Assembly: GCA_036478985.1 (NCBI GenBank)
Contig: JAZGEY010000056.1
Location: 1,675 to 65,674, forward strand
Source of the DNA: Rhizobiaceae bacterium
Lineage (GTDB): Bacteria > Pseudomonadota > Alphaproteobacteria > Rhizobiales > Rhizobiaceae
Direction: 5' to 3'
Length of the DNA: 64,000 nucleotides
The notes beneath the pieces were generated by a model. That model was not told where the DNA came from and ran no database searches. It saw only the letters and a list, made by a program, of their open reading frames with translations. Each line of letters starts with the position of its first letter. Within the stretch, counting starts at the first letter, position 1. Positions 58,568 through 64,000 of the stretch are shown here, piece after piece. A program made the position numbers and the translations under genes.

Positions 58568-60222
58568 GTGCCAATGGGTTTTGGATACCAATAAAGCGCA
58601 TCGGGTTTATTACGCGAAATTTGAACGAAGTTGTTGGAAAATACGCGATACTCGTGGCTCCAATCGCCGTTCGGCCATTGCACCCGTATCTTTGTACGTT
58701 CTGCTACGCCAAGCCCGAAGTGGACAAATCCCAATTGGCCAGAGGCATGGCCGCCACCAATTTGTATAGTGCGGGATTGGGTAAGGTTGCCGGTTTTTAC
58801 AGTAACTTTTGCACCGATGGCATTGCGGTTTATTTTGCCATTGTCCAATTCAATTCCGATCCAATTGCCAAGAGGACGGTGGCCCCAACTTGTTTGGGTT
58901 CCTTGGTTTCGAAACAGGCTGACGTTGGCTTTTCGATTGACCACAACAAGATCCAACATTCCATCGGCATTGAGATCAATAACAGCAGCCCCCCGACCAC
59001 GTGTATTACGCGCAATGCCCGCCTTATCGCCGGCCTCAAAAAACTTATTTTTCAAACCGCCAAGCAGCATGTTGTCTGGATCAAATTTTGCAAAATCTGG
59101 CATGGCCTCAACATTGCCTTTGGCGATAAAAAGATCGAGGCGGGTATCATTGTTAAAATCCGCAAACTGGGTGTGCCAGCCCGTTGATGGGTTGAGGTCG
59201 GTCCCCGTATAGGGGCGGTGAGCCGTCATTTGCTTCGCAAAGGCTTCGTCGCGGTACGTTGGCCTATCAGTGTCGTCTTCCTTGTCGAGGGTTTGCAACA
59301 TGGTGTCTCCCATGGAGGAGAGCGCATATTCAGGAATTCCGTCTTGGTCTAAATCGGCTTCAGAGATACCCATTCCCCAAATGCGCAGAGGTTTCCAGCC
59401 TTGTGCTTTTGTGAATTGGCGGGGCGCTCCACGCTCTGGAATACGCCAAAGCTGTTCTTGTCCTCCGCGGTAATATTGCCGGTCGTTGGTAACACGGAGC
59501 GCGGGCTGACCAGATTTATTCCAATCGGTAAACAGCATAGAAAGCGAGCAATAGGCTGGAGTGAGAGCGATTGGTTCGCTGTAATTGGGAAGCTTTTTTG
59601 ATGTTGAGAGCGGGCGCGCAAGTACATTGTCACTGCATGTCCCCCAGGGAGAACCGGGGGCTGTTCTGTCAACATAATTGCCAAAGGCAAGGGTGGGGTA
59701 GGGAGAGTTTTTCTCCCAAGTAGCGGCGAAACCTGTCGTCCATTCTGCGCCGCCGTTAAAGGCTAGAGTATGGTTGGCTTTGGTGAAGCTACAATTGGGA
59801 CCACCTTTAAGGATTATGTTTTCCCCCAGACGCAACAAAACTAAATCGGTGTGGGCATCATTGTCGATGTTAACGGGATAAGCGCCGAGTACTTTTGTTG
59901 CATCGCGTTTGGACAATCCAAGCGGCGCGGAAGTGAATTTCAGAGCACCCGCTGTGGGTGATTTGTTGATGAATAGTTGGGCCGGCGATGATCCGCCTGA
60001 GAGCACTAAGTCTGGTAAGCGATCCCCGTTGCAATCAAAACTGGCAACGCCGCCGCCAACAAAGAACTCCCAAGGGCCATCGTAAGAATGGGTTAGGCCA
60101 GCGTCCTTGGCTTGTTCTTTCATGGAGGGAATATCGAAGGTGAAAGGTTCCGCAGCAAATGTGCTTGTGAGAACATTTGCAAGAAATGAGAAAGCTAGAA
60201 CAGAAGTGAATTTGTATTTCAT
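58561..60222 (-). CDS. CRTAC1 / ASPIC-UnbV family protein (FG-GAP repeats)
   Basis: Signal peptide, repeated D.N.DG..D motifs, C-terminal NRNAIGAKV...GG....HFGLG......VQWPNG. Confidence 0.88.
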   Translation of the reverse strand: MKYKFTSVLAFSFLANVLTSTFAAEPFTFDIPSMKEQAKDAGLTHSYDGPWEFFVGGGVASFDCNGDRLPDLVLSGGSSPAQLFINKSPTAGALKFTSAPLGLSKRDATKVLGAYPVNIDNDAHTDLVLLRLGENIILKGGPNCSFTKANHTLAFNGGAEWTTGFAATWEKNSPYPTLAFGNYVDRTAPGSPWGTCSDNVLARPLSTSKKLPNYSEPIALTPAYCSLSMLFTDWNKSGQPALRVTNDRQYYRGGQEQLWRIPERGAPRQFTKAQGWKPLRIWGMGISEADLDQDGIPEYALSSMGDTMLQTLDKEDDTDRPTYRDEAFAKQMTAHRPYTGTDLNPSTGWHTQFADFNNDTRLDLFIAKGNVEAMPDFAKFDPDNMLLGGLKNKFFEAGDKAGIARNTRGRGAAVIDLNADGMLDLVVVNRKANVSLFRNQGTQTSWGHRPLGNWIGIELDNGKINRNAIGAKVTVKTGNLTQSRTIQIGGGHASGQLGFVHFGLGVAERTKIRVQWPNGDWSHEYRVFSNNFVQISRNKPDALYWYPKPIGTK

Positions 60223-60233
60223 GGCCCAGCTTC

Positions 60234-61649
60234 TCACTTAATCACGAGTGTTTTTAAGTAGGCGATGAGCGACGAGCGCTCCTCTTTAGGCGCGGCTTTA
60301 TAGGCATCACGGGCATCACGGCCTTCGCCTCCATGGGCAAGAATAATGCCTTCTAGGGTCGTGAAGTCATTTCTGTGGCCGTAGGGGGAAGTAGAACCAA
60401 TGCCCCAAAGTTCAGCAGTCATAAAAATATCGCGGCCAACAAAACGTTGGGAAAGGAGTTCGTTTCCAAGAATGGCAACTGTACGGTCGGTCATCTTGTG
60501 ACGTTTTAGATCGCCAAATAGGGGGACGAGAACTTCGCCTTTATCATTGCGGGGCAATTGTTTTGCCCACGCTAATTTGTTGAGATCGTAGGATGCAGGC
60601 GTTTTTACGGCCATGGAATTGAGAGTGCCTGATACATCGAATGAACCAGGGTCTTGGAATGTAAGCGAGGAGAGAGGGAGAGATTTCATATGGCACGTTG
60701 CACAGCCATATTCGTTAAATACGTGCTCACCTTTTGCCGCGGCCTGTTGCCAGTTCTTGCTTGATGGCTTTTTCGCAATGGGCGGACGTAAGGTGGCTTG
60801 CCAAGCGACGAGGGCGGAAATATCGGTGGGGGTTAATTCATCGTTGTGGGTGTCCTCATCGAAATCTTTGTTGCCAGTCCACCGGTCGCCGTAGCGCTCG
60901 CTTGCTTGCATACCATGATGATGGTTCATCGCGTTGATGGTGAATTGGCGCAGAGATGCCATTACACCCTTTTGACTGAACGGGCGAATAACAAGGTCGG
61001 TATCAACACCTTCAACGTGCTTCAAATCAACAAGACCATCCGGCATGGCAGTAATGCTACCGAAAGAAACCCCCTTGGTTATGAGGAGAATTTTAACGGG
61101 AGCATTGTTTCTTGCTGCTTGATTGAGCGCCTTCGAACGAAGGGCTGCTAACTCATTGCTCATTTCACGGGCAAGAAGTTCGAGTAGGCCAGCTCCGAAG
61201 AGATGATTAGTGCCGCGTTCATTTGAAAATTGCGGGTCGGTTGTATCAAAATTTGCATTGGTAAAGCCCTCAGAAACGAACACGTTAGTGATGAAATCTC
61301 CAGCTCCTCCAACTACGGGATCGTTATGACAGGAGGAACAGGCAAGTGAGTCTGGTCCCGCTAGTCGAGAAAAAGCTTGAGTTGCTTTGTGTCGTGCTTT
61401 GGTCGGGATTATTGCTTGGGTTGCAGCTGGGCGACCTGCACCATCTAGGCGGGTGAATTTAGCGGTGAAGAGATCAAGGCCAATTTGAGTTAGCGTCTTC
61501 AGTTGTGCCGATGACAGCGTTCCTGATGGCATGGTCGTTATTGCGCCAAGGGCTTCAGTTTTTTCTTCCCAAATGGGTTCCCCTGCCGAGGCAGTAGAGT
61601 CCGCTAGAAGGCTGAATAATATGAGGCAAGAAATTATTGCTTGTTTCAT
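60234..61649 (-). CDS. Di-heme c-type oxidoreductase (DHOR/DUF1111-like)
   Basis: Signal peptide, two CxxCH (CSSCH, CATCH), DLKRH.M, T.ELWG, ILAHGGEG. Confidence 0.82.
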   Translation of the reverse strand: MKQAIISCLILFSLLADSTASAGEPIWEEKTEALGAITTMPSGTLSSAQLKTLTQIGLDLFTAKFTRLDGAGRPAATQAIIPTKARHKATQAFSRLAGPDSLACSSCHNDPVVGGAGDFITNVFVSEGFTNANFDTTDPQFSNERGTNHLFGAGLLELLAREMSNELAALRSKALNQAARNNAPVKILLITKGVSFGSITAMPDGLVDLKHVEGVDTDLVIRPFSQKGVMASLRQFTINAMNHHHGMQASERYGDRWTGNKDFDEDTHNDELTPTDISALVAWQATLRPPIAKKPSSKNWQQAAAKGEHVFNEYGCATCHMKSLPLSSLTFQDPGSFDVSGTLNSMAVKTPASYDLNKLAWAKQLPRNDKGEVLVPLFGDLKRHKMTDRTVAILGNELLSQRFVGRDIFMTAELWGIGSTSPYGHRNDFTTLEGIILAHGGEGRDARDAYKAAPKEERSSLIAYLKTLVIK

Positions 61650-62893
61650 ATCATAGCCTCGACTGCATTTACTACTCTTGAATTGGATCGATGCTGTGCC
61701 ATCTCAGCATCCTGCAACATTAGGGCACTGATTGTACAACCTTGTCGCACCAGGGAAATTTCATCTGGGTAGCAATCAATTTCTAGGGAATGAAGTTGGT
61801 TCAAGCCGGGCGAAGTTTCTAGTGCAGCCCTGAGGGAAGTTTCCATTAGATCGAACAGGGATGCACCAGGCCCAACAAGAACAATCGGGAAGGCATCTAC
61901 CAAGGCAAAGAGGCTGGCTAATCCTGTTCCAATCGCCGCTCCTGCATTCTCGATCGCGGTGATTGCCTTTAGATCACCGGCACGGGCTACTGTTGCGATA
62001 GCATCTAAATTTTGCAAATCAAGCAATTCTGAGGGGGCTGTGTTCTCAGCTTCACCTTTGGCGTGACGGCTAATTGCGTAATCTCCAGCGTAGGCCTCGA
62101 TGCAGCCACGGTTACCGCACCGACATAAGGCGCCGTTTGGAATATAGCTCATGTGGCCAAATTCGTTGCCAGAAGAACGTACACCGTTGATGATATTACG
62201 GCGCAGAAATAGCCCCATGCCGACACCGTGGGCAAGTAGGATAGCTGCGAAATTTTCCCCATATTTTATTGGGTCGCGCCAATTCAACGCTTGGGCGATC
62301 ATGTCACAATCATTGGCTACCCGTGAGGGGACGCCAAAATGCGTTTCGAGCCAGTGCTGAATTGGAATATCTCGTTGGGTGCAAATAGGTGACCAAATAA
62401 CGGTCTTGCCTTCAACATCAGCTACCCCTTGGAAGCCAACGGCTATGCGGCGAAGATTGCCCCCCCGCTTCGCAATTTTCATAGCCTCTTCAATGCATGA
62501 GATAAGAGCAAATTTGATCTCTGAGGCTGTTATGTCTTTGGTAGATATCTCGACAGTGTAATCGCAGATTTCATTCCCTGCATAATCAACAAGGGCAGCT
62601 GTTATTAAGTTCAGTTGAAAATAGATAGAGCAGATCATGCCTGCGTTTGAGTTCATCTGCAGGGCAACTTTGGGCCGCCCTCTTCCCATGGCTTTTATAG
62701 CTTTTGATGTGGGTGGATGGAGCAGGCCCTCATCTAACAAATCAGAGGTAATAGCGGAAATGGTAGCGGCGCTTAGGCCCGTAACCTCGCCAATATCAGT
62801 TCTCGAAGAGATGCCGCCGCGGCGCACAGCATTCAGTATGCGTCGGCGGTTATGATGCCTTACATCATCTGATCTTGAGAAAACCTGATCCAT
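61646..62893 (-). CDS. ROK-family transcriptional regulator (XylR/NagC-like)
   Basis: HTH SRTDIGEVTGLSAATIS, GRGRP, NDC, EFGH, CRCGNRGCIEAY. Confidence 0.92.
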   Translation of the reverse strand: MDQVFSRSDDVRHHNRRRILNAVRRGGISSRTDIGEVTGLSAATISAITSDLLDEGLLHPPTSKAIKAMGRGRPKVALQMNSNAGMICSIYFQLNLITAALVDYAGNEICDYTVEISTKDITASEIKFALISCIEEAMKIAKRGGNLRRIAVGFQGVADVEGKTVIWSPICTQRDIPIQHWLETHFGVPSRVANDCDMIAQALNWRDPIKYGENFAAILLAHGVGMGLFLRRNIINGVRSSGNEFGHMSYIPNGALCRCGNRGCIEAYAGDYAISRHAKGEAENTAPSELLDLQNLDAIATVARAGDLKAITAIENAGAAIGTGLASLFALVDAFPIVLVGPGASLFDLMETSLRAALETSPGLNQLHSLEIDCYPDEISLVRQGCTISALMLQDAEMAQHRSNSRVVNAVEAMI

Positions 62894-62979
62894 TTAACTG
62901 CCCCAGCAGGTGGTAATAATGTCTGCACTGTACCTGTTCATAACTAAAATGTTGACACATAGGCCTGTTCGAGTCACCA

Positions 62980-63002
62980 TTTATTTTGAGCCTCGAATTA
63001 AA
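62980..63002. promoter_or_regulatory. Probable ROK operator
   Basis: TTTATTTTGAG-C-CTCGAATTAAA, 23-bp AT-rich palindrome (9/11 arm match) between the divergent ROK and xylF genes. Confidence 0.55.
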
Positions 63003-63061
63003 TAGGCTTTTGGATACCACACTGTGTTTTAATTGGTGCGAGAGCACCGGGAGGAAGTTTT

Positions 63062-64000
63062 ATGAAAAAGATCTCACTCGCCCTAATGGGTGCGGCAATG
63101 CTTTCAGCATCATTTGCTGGAACTGCGGTTGCTGCTGGTAAGACTATCGGCGTTTCTTGGAAAATTTTCCAAGAGGAGCGTTGGAAGCGCGATGAAGCCG
63201 TTATCAAGAAAATTGTTGAAGCGAATGGCGACAAATACATTTCTGCTGACGCGCAAGGTTCTGCTGCTAAGCAATTGACTGATGTTGAATCTTTGATCGC
63301 TCAAGGTGCAAACGTTCTTTTGATCGTGCCGTTTGATTCAGAAGCTATTCTTCCGGCAGTTGATAAAGCTGCAAACGAAGGTATTCCGATCATCGCTTAC
63401 GATGTTCAAATCGAGCACAAAGACAGCCTTTACATCACGTTTGATAACGTAGGCGTTGGCCGTATGATGGCTAAAGAAATGCTGAAAGTTAAAGACTCTG
63501 GCAACTTCGCATTCATCAAGGGTGACCAAGGTGATCCGAATGCAACATTCCTGTTCCAAGGCATCATGGAAGTGCTTAAGCCGAACATGGACGCTGGTAA
63601 AATCAAAAACGTTGGTGAAGCATTCTCTGATGGTTGGAAGCCTGAAAACGCTCAGCGCAACATGGAACAAATGTTGACTGCTAATAACAACAAAATCGAT
63701 GCTGTTATTTCTGAGAACGACGGCATGGCCGGTGGTGTTGTTGCGGCTCTTGCTGCACAAGGCATGGCCGGAACTGTTCCTGTTACAGGTCAAGACGGTG
63801 ACTTGGCTGCGATCAACCGCGTTGCTCGCGGTACGCAGCTTGTGTCTGTTTGGAAAGACAGCCGTGCGTTGGGTAAGGTAGCTGCTGAAGCTGCTCTTAT
63901 GCTTGCTGAAGGTAAAAAGATGTCAGACGTTCCCGGTACAGCACCATTTTCTGGTGGTAAGCGCGGCGTGACAGTTACTTCTATCCTGTTGGCTCCAACG
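63062..64000 (+). CDS. xylF: D-xylose-type sugar ABC substrate-binding protein (3'-truncated; missing from the ORF track)
   Basis: GGAGG RBS, MKKISLALMG signal peptide, FQEERWKRD, IAYD, ITFDN, DPNA, ENDGMAGG, TGQDGD, SVWKD. Confidence 0.85.
   Translation, partial: MKKISLALMGAAMLSASFAGTAVAAGKTIGVSWKIFQEERWKRDEAVIKKIVEANGDKYISADAQGSAAKQLTDVESLIAQGANVLLIVPFDSEAILPAVDKAANEGIPIIAYDVQIEHKDSLYITFDNVGVGRMMAKEMLKVKDSGNFAFIKGDQGDPNATFLFQGIMEVLKPNMDAGKIKNVGEAFSDGWKPENAQRNMEQMLTANNNKIDAVISENDGMAGGVVAALAAQGMAGTVPVTGQDGDLAAINRVARGTQLVSVWKDSRALGKVAAEAALMLAEGKKMSDVPGTAPFSGGKRGVTVTSILLAPT

Noticed and set aside
58525-59212. 220-aa and 193-aa plus-strand ORFs
   Set aside because: Antisense shadows of the CRTAC1-like gene; they start within or after a plus-strand terminator and have no motifs
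1-64000. CRISPR arrays, IS elements, integrases, rRNA
   Set aside because: No regularly spaced repeats, transposase or recombinase motifs, or rRNA-like sequence seen by eye

Overview
64 kb of an alphaproteobacterial chromosome, probably Hyphomicrobiales/Rhizobiales-type, judged from the gltBD-hsp20-pldB-hisN-N-formylglutamate amidohydrolase-cpdR-tRNA-Val gene order and CtrA/Mur/ROSE-type motifs. Positions 1-45170 are mostly housekeeping and transport: TRAP permeases, a fused indolepyruvate ferredoxin oxidoreductase, an acyl-CoA ligase/Liv-type ABC cluster, DevBCA, hemH, kpsF, galU, gltBD and cpdR. Accessory-looking modules follow tRNA-Val(GAC): an orphan TTT/IclR/aminotransferase catabolic cluster, gpsA, a five-gene DNA-processing operon, and a ROK/di-heme/CRTAC1 unit divergent from xylF. 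The strongest candidate for an undescribed system is the operon at 53594-58383. It encodes an AEP primase-polymerase fused to a HAD phosphatase, two tandem proteins that look like very divergent Ku, an ATP-dependent DNA ligase with an extra C-terminal domain, and an ExoIII-like EEP nuclease. Together these suggest a non-canonical DNA end-joining machine, possibly with heterodimeric Ku. All family calls come from reading motifs by eye; no searches were run, and the Ku call is the least certain.
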